Of a DNA stretch of 64,000 bases, positions 37,585 through 47,161 are shown piece after piece; position 1 is the stretch's first letter, and the number at the start of each line of letters is the position of its first letter. The stretch lies in assembly GCA_963666515.2 (NCBI GenBank), contig OY762897.2, forward strand, positions 3,552,001 to 3,616,000, in the 5' to 3' direction. Made by a program: the position numbers and the translations under genes. The notes under the pieces were generated by a model. It was not told where the DNA came from. It did not search any database and was given only the letters and a program-made list of their open reading frames with translations. This stretch comes from Candidatus Binatia bacterium. GTDB taxonomy: Bacteria; Desulfobacterota; Binatia; UBA9968; JAJDTQ01.

Positions 37585-38367
37585 TCACCGGCCCTTGAAA
37601 CCCGGCTTCCGCTTCTCGCTGAAGGCCCGGGGGCCCTCCGCGGCGTCCTCGGTGCCGCCCACCATGGCGCGGAAACCGGCCTCGAAGCGGATGGCGTCGG
37701 CTACCGGCAGGTCGATGCCGCGGAGCACCACCTCCTTGACCGCCTGAAGCGCCAGCGGCGGGCCGTCGGCGATGGATCGAGCCAGTTTATCCGCCTCGGC
37801 CATCAACTGGTCCCGCGGCAGGACCCGATTCACCAGACCGCAGCGGAAGGCTTCGGCCGCGGAGATGGACTCGCCGGTGTAGAGCATCTCCAGGGCCATC
37901 CCGAGCGGCATGAGACGGGGCAGCCGCACGGTGCCGGAGCTGCCGGGGAAGAACCCGCGCTTGATCTCCGGCAGGCCGAAGACGGCGTCCTCGCTGCAGA
38001 TGCGGATGTCGCATGACAGGGCGATCTCGAAGCCGCCGGCCAGGCAGTAGCCGTGGACTGCCGCGATCATGGGCTTCCACACGGGCTCCCGGCGGCCGGG
38101 GTCCCGGGCCAGCGCCGAGGTCCAGAACTCCCGCGCCCGGGGGTCGCCCGCCACCGCCCGCTCCTTCAGGTCCATGCCGGTGGAGAACGCCCGGTCGCCC
38201 GCGCCGCTCACCACCGCCACCCGAAGCGCCGGGTCCGCGGCGAACGCGTCCCACACCCGCCCCAGTTCCGCCCACATCGCCTCGTTCATGGCGTTGAGCC
38301 GCTCGGGCCGGTCCAACGTGATGAAGGCGATGCCGTCCCTGGCTTCGAGGTCGATATATGACGCCAC
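37585..38367 (-). CDS. Enoyl-CoA hydratase/isomerase (crotonase family)
   Basis: RPERLNA, AFSTGMDLKE, AGGFE, LPEIKRG, AFSEKRKP. Confidence 0.92.
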   Translation of the reverse strand: MASYIDLEARDGIAFITLDRPERLNAMNEAMWAELGRVWDAFAADPALRVAVVSGAGDRAFSTGMDLKERAVAGDPRAREFWTSALARDPGRREPVWKPMIAAVHGYCLAGGFEIALSCDIRICSEDAVFGLPEIKRGFFPGSSGTVRLPRLMPLGMALEMLYTGESISAAEAFRCGLVNRVLPRDQLMAEADKLARSIADGPPLALQAVKEVVLRGIDLPVADAIRFEAGFRAMVGGTEDAAEGPRAFSEKRKPGFKGR

Positions 38368-38391
38368 GTCGTTCTCAGAAATTACGAGAGC

Positions 38392-39651
38392 TTACTCACT
38401 GGCGGCGTAAATCGTTAGAAAGAGTTCTGCATCGTCAATCAGCCGGTACTCGGGCTCTCGGCCGGACAACTGAGCGCTACGATCCAAGATAAGCGGCACG
38501 CCTTCACCGCGTTTGTCCATCATGTTCCGTCGGTCCGTCGTCAACCAAGCCCCGTCAGGCACTGCACACTTGGCCAAGAGACTGCAGATCGCCTCGTTCC
38601 GGGCTGACTGCCGGTAGCGGAGACTCTCAATGGTCAAGGAGTTAGGAACGGTCCCGGGGGAATAGATCTCCAGGCGGTTCTCAAATAATCGCAGTCTTAC
38701 CTTGGAGCCATGGATCGAGTAGTCCCTGTGAGCCACGGCGTTCACGATAGCCTCGAATACGGCCGTCATCTCATACTGTGGTTTGTCAGTGCGTCCTTGG
38801 TCCTTGTATGCCGCCGTCTTCATGTTCCTGGCCACGAATCGACAAGCCTCAACTATCTGCTGATCGAGAGGTCCTGACACGTCCGCAGCGTCAAGCTGGT
38901 AGGCATCAACCGTCGAAGGTCGAATGACGTCTCCGCGATATGCGACTGCTTGGATATACGCATTGGGTAACCACAGGCGCGGATCTTCGGTCGCCATCAA
39001 GATGCCGGCCACCGTTGGCTTCATCGCGCCGTCCTCGTCGGCACGTACCATACCAAGCTTGCCAAGAAAATCGTCCCGGTCGTCGTCGGAGCGGGACGTG
39101 CGAAACCGCTGCCACAAGCGTGGTTCCAGATTGTCCATTCGAGCGGTCCCGACGACCTGCTCGTCGAAGCGGATGAGACGCGTTTGACTGCGTTGCTGAA
39201 AGAGACGGGCAAGCCTCTCCGGGGACATCGGGCGTTTTGAATCAGTCGTCCGAGCCATGAATCCGCCCGGGCTTCGATGGACAAACAGACTTCGCGGTAC
39301 TTCCACCTTTACAACGGCCAATGGCTCACCAGAACTGGAAGGTAACCGTAGTCGCTCTAGAACGACGTCTTCAATGGGGGGAACGATGGAATCCGAGCAC
39401 ACTTCGCGAACGAGATCCACGACTGCATCCAGGCGCTCCTCTGGAATACCAGTCACTTCATGAGTCTTGTCCTCAACCCCGAGGACAAACACGCCACCAT
39501 GACTGTTGGCAAAAGCAGCCAGCCCGTCTGCGAGCGCGTCGCGGCTTGGTCCCCGGACCTTGCCGCCAGCGAAGCGCACTTCCTTGAACTCCAGACGGCT
39601 GCTTTCGCCCAGCCGAATTGCGTCTAGTAGCTCCAATGGGTTGTCAAACAT
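38392..39651 (-). CDS. Schlafen/AlbA_2 domain fused to a RecG-C/HATPase_c_4-like domain
   Basis: GESSRLEFKE, AFANSHGG..LGVED; EAIVNAVAHRDY, IYSPG, RN; lower GC. Confidence 0.85.
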   Translation of the reverse strand: MFDNPLELLDAIRLGESSRLEFKEVRFAGGKVRGPSRDALADGLAAFANSHGGVFVLGVEDKTHEVTGIPEERLDAVVDLVREVCSDSIVPPIEDVVLERLRLPSSSGEPLAVVKVEVPRSLFVHRSPGGFMARTTDSKRPMSPERLARLFQQRSQTRLIRFDEQVVGTARMDNLEPRLWQRFRTSRSDDDRDDFLGKLGMVRADEDGAMKPTVAGILMATEDPRLWLPNAYIQAVAYRGDVIRPSTVDAYQLDAADVSGPLDQQIVEACRFVARNMKTAAYKDQGRTDKPQYEMTAVFEAIVNAVAHRDYSIHGSKVRLRLFENRLEIYSPGTVPNSLTIESLRYRQSARNEAICSLLAKCAVPDGAWLTTDRRNMMDKRGEGVPLILDRSAQLSGREPEYRLIDDAELFLTIYAASE

Positions 39652-42445
39652 ACTTGGGGTCTCTTCCCAGACGCGCCCAGCGGCGTGCGAACGCTTCACG
39701 CCCGCCTTCCATGACTCGGCACACTTCCTCGCGCACTGACGCGTCCTGAAGCGCGCCACGCTGAATGACGCGACATTGGCCCGTATTGAAATCCAGCGCG
39801 TGGACCATCTCGGCATCCCCATTCACCACGACATTGGGGTTGTGCGTTACAATGATGAGTTGCCTGCGCAGCTTGTTCGCGCGAATTTGGCGTACGATCA
39901 GGTCGTAGATCAGGTGATTGTCCAGATCATCCTCCGGTTGATCGAGCACCAAGGGTTCCTCTCCAAATGCGAGCAGAAACGCCAGCAAAGCCGCCGAGCG
40001 TTGGCCCTGTGAGCCTTCTCGGATCGGCGCCCACTGGTTGTCGCCACGGCTGTATTCGATGCGCAGGTCGTCTTCGGGGAACCAGCAACGGAGGTGATCG
40101 GCAAACTCCGGCCTTTCCAACTGGCGCTTCAGGTAGTTTCGGAAGTGACCGCCGAGCCTTTCGTCAACGTCGATCATCCTTTGCTTCACTTCAGCGAGTT
40201 TCTCCGCGCGATCGGTCGCTTGCGACAATTCTATTACCAGACCGGATTTGGGCTCACCGTTAACCAAATGGAGTAGATCGCCCTCGAAGCGTTCATCCTC
40301 CACGTCCAGCATTGCACGCAGGCTGCGCTCAATCACTTGCGCATCAAAGCCAAACGGGACCACTTCCATTTTCACGAACGCATTGGTCGCCAATGCACCG
40401 TCCACAAACGCCGCTCGTGCCTCTGCTATCGCTTTGCGTGCCCAAAACACTCGTTGCCATTGAGCCTCAATATCGGTTTCCAGCCGCGCCGCCTCCTCCT
40501 GCAACTGTTCGAGTTCCTTACCTTGTGCTTCCAAACGCTGCCGTTCCAGGACGAGATCGCCAAATACGCGTGGGTCGGACACCCCTTGTTCCGCCAATGT
40601 GACTTGAAGTGCGTCATAGGCTGCATGGGCTTGATCCGCGCGTTGGCGCCATTTGTTGAGCCGATCATGTGAAACAAGGGGTTGCGTTGTAGCGAGCAAG
40701 TTTCCACCTGCCTCGGCCAGTGCTTCAAGCGCTTCCGACAATACCTTCTCTACCTCACGGCGCCACTCCAAGGCATCGGCATCCAGTTCGGTATCGAAGA
40801 CATCCTCTGGCCAGTCGTCGAGTAGCAAATCCTGCGCGAATGTCTGGATCCGTTCGGGTATCTCCTTCAACTGCTCTAACGTGGCGTCGATTTCCCGTCG
40901 CTGTCTCGTCGCCTGTTGGTGGGCCTTCAGGACCTCCGCATGGTGTGATTGAGTCAAAGTATCGAGCTTGCGAGACACCTCATCGAGCTTGCGCTGCAAC
41001 TCCTGCCGACCAGCCAAGCGTCCTTCGAGTTCACGGAGTCTAGCTCGTTGGTAGAGGTACGTGTTCTTTGCTTCGTCGAAGATCCGATGCTGCGCGGCAA
41101 CGTGTGCTTCATCATCAATAATATCGAGCAAGGCTTGGCGATTGTCGCCCGCCATTGCTGCAATCTGTCCCTGTGACAGCAGACGAATTGGAAAGCGCTC
41201 GGCATGAATGGCCTGGCTGCCAGAGGGTCGCCACTGGCCATCAGCGTCGCATTCTTCGACAACATCTCCTGTTCCGTCTGGACGCCACCGCAGCCTGTGG
41301 ACGACGCCTTCGCGTAGCAATTCGACCCTGATTTCCGTGTTCTCTCGTAGCGCGCCGCCGCCGTCACGGCCTTTGACTGGTTTCACGAAAGCTTCAAGGT
41401 GACGACGCGGATCCGCGTCTTCGCTCAGTCTCTTGAGTTCAGACTCGCGACGATACGCCAACCGCATCGCACATACGAGGGTGGACTTGCCTGTGCCGCG
41501 GCCGCCGACCACGGCATTGTAAAATGGACTCAGCGCTACGGTCTCGGGGACTCCGTTCCCCATAAAGCGAGCGCTTCGAACCTCCAAACCGGTAATGAAG
41601 TGCGCAGGTGTCTTGAACGGCTCGAACCCACCCTCGTCGCTACGCCGAATCGAAACGCCATTGCCGTCCAACAGCGCTAGCCGGAGCCCTTCAAGTGAAG
41701 GCTCTGCCATCTTCACCCAAGTGTACTGGGAACCAGGACTGAATTTGCCCTGCAAATCATGGCAATCACTGCCGAGGACTTCGGACCACAACAACTTACG
41801 TTCGTGATAGATTTCAGGTTTCGGGTTCCTCGTATCCACCACCTCCATTGCCAGAATACCGGGTTCATCCAGAACTTGACGGACGGAATTGGCGTCAAGT
41901 GCGCCGGAATTCCCCTGTTTCACGCGCAACAACCCCTTTTCGCCATCAGCATGGGCCGGAATCGGGATGCCTCCAGCGTTCAACACGGTTTTGACGACCT
42001 CCGCAGCCCCCTTACGCGTGACGCCGTCGCTTTGACCCTTGGCGCCGTCGTAGTCCACCTGTCCCAGCAAGGTGTCAACTTGGGCCGTGTCGGCACTTGG
42101 ATCGAGGATGACCAAGAGATGAAAACCACCATGCACCGAAATCTCTACCCCCGGGAACAGCGTCAGTTCCCGGAATCCCGCAAGCCCGGATTCAGATATG
42201 GCTTGTTGCTTCATCCCCTCATACGCGTGCTTGAGCTCATCGATCCACGCGCCGGTGTTGTGATCGGTCACGACCACGCAGTCGATTTCTGCGGCCATAT
42301 GACACAATAGCCACGTCTCCGGTGTCAGTACCTGATCGTCACTCGACGCCATGAAATCAAAAGAAGCAGGGGTATGGGTGTGGAAATCGAATCTCCACCA
42401 CCGCGACCCTGGATAAGGCCACCCTGGTGTTATGCCCGCGGTCAT
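39644..42445 (-). CDS. PHP-phosphoesterase / ABC-ATPase fusion (Ppl / TrlF-like anti-phage protein)
   Basis: DFHTHT, TDHN, GVEI, AH, SDCH; Walker A GGRGTGKS, coiled coil, SQGQ, DQPEDDLD, VTHN; start inferred at 42445. Confidence 0.85.
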   Translation of the reverse strand: MTAGITPGWPYPGSRWWRFDFHTHTPASFDFMASSDDQVLTPETWLLCHMAAEIDCVVVTDHNTGAWIDELKHAYEGMKQQAISESGLAGFRELTLFPGVEISVHGGFHLLVILDPSADTAQVDTLLGQVDYDGAKGQSDGVTRKGAAEVVKTVLNAGGIPIPAHADGEKGLLRVKQGNSGALDANSVRQVLDEPGILAMEVVDTRNPKPEIYHERKLLWSEVLGSDCHDLQGKFSPGSQYTWVKMAEPSLEGLRLALLDGNGVSIRRSDEGGFEPFKTPAHFITGLEVRSARFMGNGVPETVALSPFYNAVVGGRGTGKSTLVCAMRLAYRRESELKRLSEDADPRRHLEAFVKPVKGRDGGGALRENTEIRVELLREGVVHRLRWRPDGTGDVVEECDADGQWRPSGSQAIHAERFPIRLLSQGQIAAMAGDNRQALLDIIDDEAHVAAQHRIFDEAKNTYLYQRARLRELEGRLAGRQELQRKLDEVSRKLDTLTQSHHAEVLKAHQQATRQRREIDATLEQLKEIPERIQTFAQDLLLDDWPEDVFDTELDADALEWRREVEKVLSEALEALAEAGGNLLATTQPLVSHDRLNKWRQRADQAHAAYDALQVTLAEQGVSDPRVFGDLVLERQRLEAQGKELEQLQEEAARLETDIEAQWQRVFWARKAIAEARAAFVDGALATNAFVKMEVVPFGFDAQVIERSLRAMLDVEDERFEGDLLHLVNGEPKSGLVIELSQATDRAEKLAEVKQRMIDVDERLGGHFRNYLKRQLERPEFADHLRCWFPEDDLRIEYSRGDNQWAPIREGSQGQRSAALLAFLLAFGEEPLVLDQPEDDLDNHLIYDLIVRQIRANKLRRQLIIVTHNPNVVVNGDAEMVHALDFNTGQCRVIQRGALQDASVREEVCRVMEGGREAFARRWARLGRDPKYV

Positions 42446-42468
42446 CGACCCGTGTCCTCCACCTGCCC

Positions 42469-43332
42469 CTAGTCGATGAACTTCGCCAGGGTCTCGCCCC
42501 AGATGGCCTTGGTCACGTCGAGACTGATGTTGCCGGCGGCGATGTCCTGGATGCGGGCCTCGTCGATGGGGAAGCTGAACTGCTCGTTGCGCATGCGCAG
42601 GCGCTGGACGCCGCGCTCCACCATCAGCCCCCGGGCGCCGTCCACCGCCTCCTGCCGGGTGAAGGCGTCGGCGATCTGGTAGATGTTGGCCGGGCCGTGG
42701 CCGCGCTCGTCGTCGAGCACCACGGTGAAGGCCTCGGACAGGCGGTCGTTCAGCTCGCTGCCGCTCAACCGGGAGGCGGCGTAGAACAGGCCGCAGCTTC
42801 CGCCTTCGAGCAACCCCTGGGAGTTGATGAGACGCGCCCAGGGCTCCTGTCGAGCCTCCTGCTCCTTGAACACCTCCGCCAGCCGCACCCATTCCTTCAT
42901 GTCGGGCAGCGACGGATCGGGGGTCCAGCGGTTGTAGCGCCGCACCACTTCCTTGATGTCCACCGGCTCGCCGGTGAGCCATTCGATGATGTCCACGCAC
43001 CGGTTGCCGTGGTTCAACTCCTGCTTGGTGCGCCAGAGGTTCTCCTCCAGCCAGTTCCGGTCCACGTCGCCGCCCCACCGGTCAACCCAGTACCGGTCCG
43101 ACGCCGTCAGGTCGCCGCCGACCTTTTCGACGATCTCCTTCAGGCCGGTGAAGGTGCTCTCGATCTCCCGGCCGGCCTGCTTGGTGAGCCAGAGGACCTC
43201 CTTGTCGCGGTCCCGCCGGTCCCAGTTGAAGTAGGTGTCGGCGATCTCCGCCTCACCGGCGGCGAAGACCGCGGCCACCCGCGCCAGCTCCCGCGTCGCC
43301 CGTTCCGTAAAGCCGTTGTCCGCTTCGCTCAT
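42469..43332 (-). CDS. Ferritin-like diiron-carboxylate protein of unknown function
   Basis: E(GRE)...QELNH...LLEG...DDERGH ligand pattern; start overlaps the stop of the upstream gene. Confidence 0.7.
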   Translation of the reverse strand: MSEADNGFTERATRELARVAAVFAAGEAEIADTYFNWDRRDRDKEVLWLTKQAGREIESTFTGLKEIVEKVGGDLTASDRYWVDRWGGDVDRNWLEENLWRTKQELNHGNRCVDIIEWLTGEPVDIKEVVRRYNRWTPDPSLPDMKEWVRLAEVFKEQEARQEPWARLINSQGLLEGGSCGLFYAASRLSGSELNDRLSEAFTVVLDDERGHGPANIYQIADAFTRQEAVDGARGLMVERGVQRLRMRNEQFSFPIDEARIQDIAAGNISLDVTKAIWGETLAKFID

Positions 43333-45740
43333 CAATGGTCTCCTGTTCCCCGGTTGGTTCCTTCGTGTATCGCCCGCCAGATGTTCTCCGGCTTGAGCGG
43401 AAGGCTCATGATCTTCACCCCCAGCGGCGCCAACGCGTCCTCGATGGCGCTGGCCAGCACCACCGGCGGGCCGATGGCGCCGATCTCGCCCACCCCCTTG
43501 AAGCCGCCGGGAGTGAAGGGCATCGGCGTCACCATGTGGTGGATCTCCAGTTCCGGCATCTCCGCCATGGACGGGATCAGGTAGTCGGCGAAGGTGCCGG
43601 ACAGGAGCTGTCCCTGCTCGTCATACACCAGCTCTTCGAGAAACGCGCCCCCGACGCCGTGGGAGATGGCGCCGGTGATCTGGGTATCGACGATCATCGG
43701 GTTCACCATGTTGCCGGAATCGTCCACGGTGAGGTAGCGGAGGATCGTGGTCTCGCCGGTGCCGGGGTCCACTTCTACGTAGGCCACGTGCGCGGCGTAG
43801 GGGAACGTCGAGAAGTTGGACGTCCGGCCCTTGGCGTCGGGCTCGAAGCTGGTGTTGGGGTTGATGAAGTAGTGGGTGTCGTGAAGGCCCGGGTCCATGC
43901 CCGGCGGCAACTGGTTGATGGAGTAGTAGGCGAGGTTGGCCACTTCCTTGACCGTGAGCGCGACGCCGGGCTTCTCCGTGCTCAACACCATGCCGCCGGC
44001 GCATTCGAGGGCGGCGGGATGGGTCCGCAGCACGTGCGCGGCGATGGCCAGCATCTTCCTCTTGACGGCCTCGCACGCCTTCATGGCGGCCGAGGTCGTC
44101 ACCGTGGAGAAGCGGCTGGCATAGGAGCCGCTGGACGACGACACCAGGGCGCTGTCCCCCTCGAACACCTGCACGTCCTCGAAGCGCACGCCCAGCCCGT
44201 CCGCCACCACCTGGGAGAGGGTGGTCTTGTGGCTCATGCTCATGTTCACGTCGCCGGAGAACACCCAGGCTTTGCCCACCGGGTCCAACCGCACCGTCAC
44301 GGTCTCGTAGCCGGCGTTGTAGGCGTTGGGCCGGAGCGAGCTGAGGGGCTCCAGCATGAACGCCAGGCCGACGCCCCGGTAGCGCCCTTCCCGGCGGCGG
44401 CGGTCCCGGTCCGCCAGCAGGCCGGCGTAGTCCGACTCCAGCAGCGCCTTCCGCAGGCATTCGGGGTAGTCGCCGCTGTCGTAGGTGGAACCGGTGACGC
44501 ACGTGTAGGGGAACTCGTGGGGCTGGATCAGGTTGCGGCGCCGGATCTCGTCCTTGCCCAGGTCCAGCTCCAGGGCCGCCCGGTCCATCACCCGCTCCAT
44601 GATGAAGTTGGACTCGGCCTTGCCGTTGGCCCTGTGGGGGCCGGCCGCGGTCTTGTTGGTGACCACGCCGAACGAGGTGGTGGCGTAGTGGTCGACGCGG
44701 TACGGGCCGGGAATGAAGTTGGCGGTGACGAAGGCCAGGGAGGTGCCGCCGCTGGGGTAGGCGGCGCCCAGGTCCACGATCACTTTGGTCTTGAGCGCGG
44801 TGACGCGGCCGGCGCGATCGAAGCCCGCCTCCACGTAGTCCACCTGCGCCCGGGAGTGGTGCGAGGCCACCATGTGCTCGCTGCGGCTCTCCCGCCAGCC
44901 CACCGGCCGGTTGAGCCGAAGCGACAGCAGCGGCATCAGCACCTCTTCGGGGTAGAACGCCCACTTGATGCCGAAGCCGCCGCCCATGTCGGGGGAGATC
45001 ACCCGGATCTTGAGGTCCGTGCGGCCGAGCGTTTCCAGCACCAGGTTGGGCAGGGCGTGCGGCACCTGGGTGGAGGACCACAGCGTCAGCAGGTTGTTCC
45101 GTTGGTCGACGCCGGCGATCACCCCCCGGGTCTCCATCGGCGTCCCGGTGTAGCGGTGCTGCACGATGCGTTCCCGGATCACCACCGCGGACGCGTCCAG
45201 CAGCTCGTCCACCGGCCCCTCGCTGAAGCGGAACTCGTACTGGACGTTGTCCGGCCACTCCTCGTAGAGACGGGTGGACCCATGCTCCAGCGCGGCCTCC
45301 ACGTCCACCACCGGCGGCAGGGCTTCGTACTCCACCTGCACCGCCTCGGCGGCGTCCGCGGCCGCGTAGCGGTCCTCGGACACCACCACCGCCACGGCCT
45401 CGCCCACGTGGCGCACCCGGTCCACCGCCAGGCAGTAGTGGTCGGCGAACCGCACCCGCGGGTAGTCGCTGGTGTAGGGCTTGGTCCTGGTGAAGGGAAA
45501 CGGCGCCATGGGCCGGGACAGCCGCCGCACGTCCTCGCCGCTCATGGCCGCCACCACGCCCGGCTGCGCCAGCGCTTCCGACAGGTCCACCCGGGTCACC
45601 CGGGCGTGGGCGTAGGGGCTGCGGACGATGGCGGCATGGAGCAGCCCGGGCACCTCGACGTCGGCGATGTAGGTGTTCTTCCCCTGGATGGAGTCGAACG
45701 ACTCCTTGCGCTTGATGCTCTTGCCGACGTAGGTCGCCAT
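43332..45740 (-). CDS. Xanthine-dehydrogenase/CoxL-family molybdopterin-binding subunit
   Basis: RSPYAHA, METRG, STQVPH, DMGGGFGIK, GPHRANGK loop, KGVGE. Confidence 0.9.
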   Translation of the reverse strand: MATYVGKSIKRKESFDSIQGKNTYIADVEVPGLLHAAIVRSPYAHARVTRVDLSEALAQPGVVAAMSGEDVRRLSRPMAPFPFTRTKPYTSDYPRVRFADHYCLAVDRVRHVGEAVAVVVSEDRYAAADAAEAVQVEYEALPPVVDVEAALEHGSTRLYEEWPDNVQYEFRFSEGPVDELLDASAVVIRERIVQHRYTGTPMETRGVIAGVDQRNNLLTLWSSTQVPHALPNLVLETLGRTDLKIRVISPDMGGGFGIKWAFYPEEVLMPLLSLRLNRPVGWRESRSEHMVASHHSRAQVDYVEAGFDRAGRVTALKTKVIVDLGAAYPSGGTSLAFVTANFIPGPYRVDHYATTSFGVVTNKTAAGPHRANGKAESNFIMERVMDRAALELDLGKDEIRRRNLIQPHEFPYTCVTGSTYDSGDYPECLRKALLESDYAGLLADRDRRRREGRYRGVGLAFMLEPLSSLRPNAYNAGYETVTVRLDPVGKAWVFSGDVNMSMSHKTTLSQVVADGLGVRFEDVQVFEGDSALVSSSSGSYASRFSTVTTSAAMKACEAVKRKMLAIAAHVLRTHPAALECAGGMVLSTEKPGVALTVKEVANLAYYSINQLPPGMDPGLHDTHYFINPNTSFEPDAKGRTSNFSTFPYAAHVAYVEVDPGTGETTILRYLTVDDSGNMVNPMIVDTQITGAISHGVGGAFLEELVYDEQGQLLSGTFADYLIPSMAEMPELEIHHMVTPMPFTPGGFKGVGEIGAIGPPVVLASAIEDALAPLGVKIMSLPLKPENIWRAIHEGTNRGTGDH

Positions 45741-45763
45741 GGTCGTCGAACCCACCCCTCCGC

Positions 45764-45810
45764 TCACCCTGAGCGTAGCGGAGCGCCAGCGGAGCGAAGT
45801 CGAAGGGCGG
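45764..45810. repeat. Palindromic repeat supplying the C-terminus and stop codon of the CoxS-like gene
   Basis: tcaccctgagcgtagcggagcgccagcggagcgaagtcgaagggcgg. Confidence 0.7.
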
Positions 45811-46261
45811 CCTGTTTCACCGCCTTGATGATGTTCAGGTAGCCGGTACAGCGGCACAGGTTGCCGGAGTAAGCCCGGCGAATCTCTTCGTCAGTGGGAT
45901 GGGGGTTGTATTCAAGAAATGCCACCGTGGTCATCAGCATGCCCGGTGTGCAGAAGCCGCACTCCAGCGCGTCACACTCCCAGAACGCTTCCTGGATCGG
46001 ATGCAGGGAACCGTCCCGGGCCAGCCCTTCCACCGTGCAGACCTCCGCCCCATCAGCCCGAGGCGCCAGCACCTGGCACGATTTCACGGTCAGACCGTTC
46101 ATGACCACCGTGCAGGCGCCGCAGTTGCCGGTATCGCAGCCGATGTGGGTGCCCGTGAGGCCGGCCTTGTCACGGATGAGGTCCACCAGCAGCAGACGCG
46201 GCTCCACCTCGAACGCGTAGTCCGTCCCGTTGATGGTGGTCTTGACAGTGATCCGTTGCAT
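45764..46261 (-). CDS. CoxS-like 2x[2Fe-2S] subunit
   Basis: [25 protein letters not shown]. Confidence 0.92.
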   Translation of the reverse strand: MQRITVKTTINGTDYAFEVEPRLLLVDLIRDKAGLTGTHIGCDTGNCGACTVVMNGLTVKSCQVLAPRADGAEVCTVEGLARDGSLHPIQEAFWECDALECGFCTPGMLMTTVAFLEYNPHPTDEEIRRAYSGNLCRCTGYLNIIKAVKQAALRLRSAGAPLRSG

Positions 46262-46270
46262 GGCTGTTCT

Positions 46271-47146
46271 TTAGTGCAGGAACCGCGCGCGGGCCATTTC
46301 CTGAGCCCGCGCCAACGCCCGCGTGACCACCACGGGAGTCATCGCCTTCCGGTACTCTGCCGACGCGTGGAGGTCGCTCACCGGATCCGCGTCCTTCCCG
46401 GCCAGCGCAGCCGCTTCCGCCAAGTCGGCGTCCGTGAGCCTCGTGCCCTGGAGCGACCGCCCAGCGGCTTCACACACGAAGGCTGCGGGGCCCACGGCGC
46501 ACAAGGCGATGCGAGCTTCCTGGCAGGCGCCGTCCGAGGCCAAGCTAACCAGCGCAGCCGCCCCCACCACCGCGTAGTCCCCGGCGCGACGCGTGAGCTT
46601 GACGTAAGCGTGGCCGCAGACGCCGGTAGCGTCCGGCACGTCCACGGAGGTCACCATCTCGTCGTCGGCCAAAGCGGTCTCGAACGGACCGTAAAAGAAC
46701 TCATGGGCGGCGATGGCGCGGTTTGCGCCGGCTGATTGCGCCGTGAGAGTCGCCCCGAGCGCCAGCACCGCGGGAGCCAAGTCGCCCGACGGGTCCGCCT
46801 GGCTCAAGGCGCCGCCAAGGGTGCCCAAGTTCCGTATATGGATGTCGCCGATGCTGGCAGCCGCCTCGGCAAGCAGCGCCTTGCGCTCTCCCGGCAAGCG
46901 TTCCAAGGTCCGCTCCGTGACCAGCGCGCCCAGCCGCAGCCCATCGGGCTGGTTTCGGACCTCCTTCAGGTCCTCGAGCCCGCCGATGTCGATGATGACC
47001 GCCGGGCGCACCAGCCTCAGCTTGAGCATCGGCAGGAGGGACTGCCCTCCGGCCATGAGGCGCGCCTCATCGCCGTATTGGCGGAGCAAATCGAGCGCTT
47101 CAGCAAGCGAATCCGGCGCCCGGTACTCGAAGGGCGGAGGGATCAT
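46271..47146 (-). CDS. CoxM-like FAD-binding subunit
   Basis: MIPPPFEY, AGGQSL, RNLGTLGG, ADP. Confidence 0.92.
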   Translation of the reverse strand: MIPPPFEYRAPDSLAEALDLLRQYGDEARLMAGGQSLLPMLKLRLVRPAVIIDIGGLEDLKEVRNQPDGLRLGALVTERTLERLPGERKALLAEAAASIGDIHIRNLGTLGGALSQADPSGDLAPAVLALGATLTAQSAGANRAIAAHEFFYGPFETALADDEMVTSVDVPDATGVCGHAYVKLTRRAGDYAVVGAAALVSLASDGACQEARIALCAVGPAAFVCEAAGRSLQGTRLTDADLAEAAALAGKDADPVSDLHASAEYRKAMTPVVVTRALARAQEMARARFLH

Positions 47147-47161
47147 TCGAACGGAGACACG

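Noticed and set aside
39644-43078. 1144-aa version of the PHP-ATPase ORF
   Set aside because: The first 211 codons overlap the ferritin-like gene in another frame; the PHP domain begins right after Met at 42445.
43332-47146. coxMSL as aerobic carbon monoxide dehydrogenase
   Set aside because: The large subunit lacks the AYxCSFR form I motif and no cox accessory genes are adjacent; the same holds for 23150-25600.
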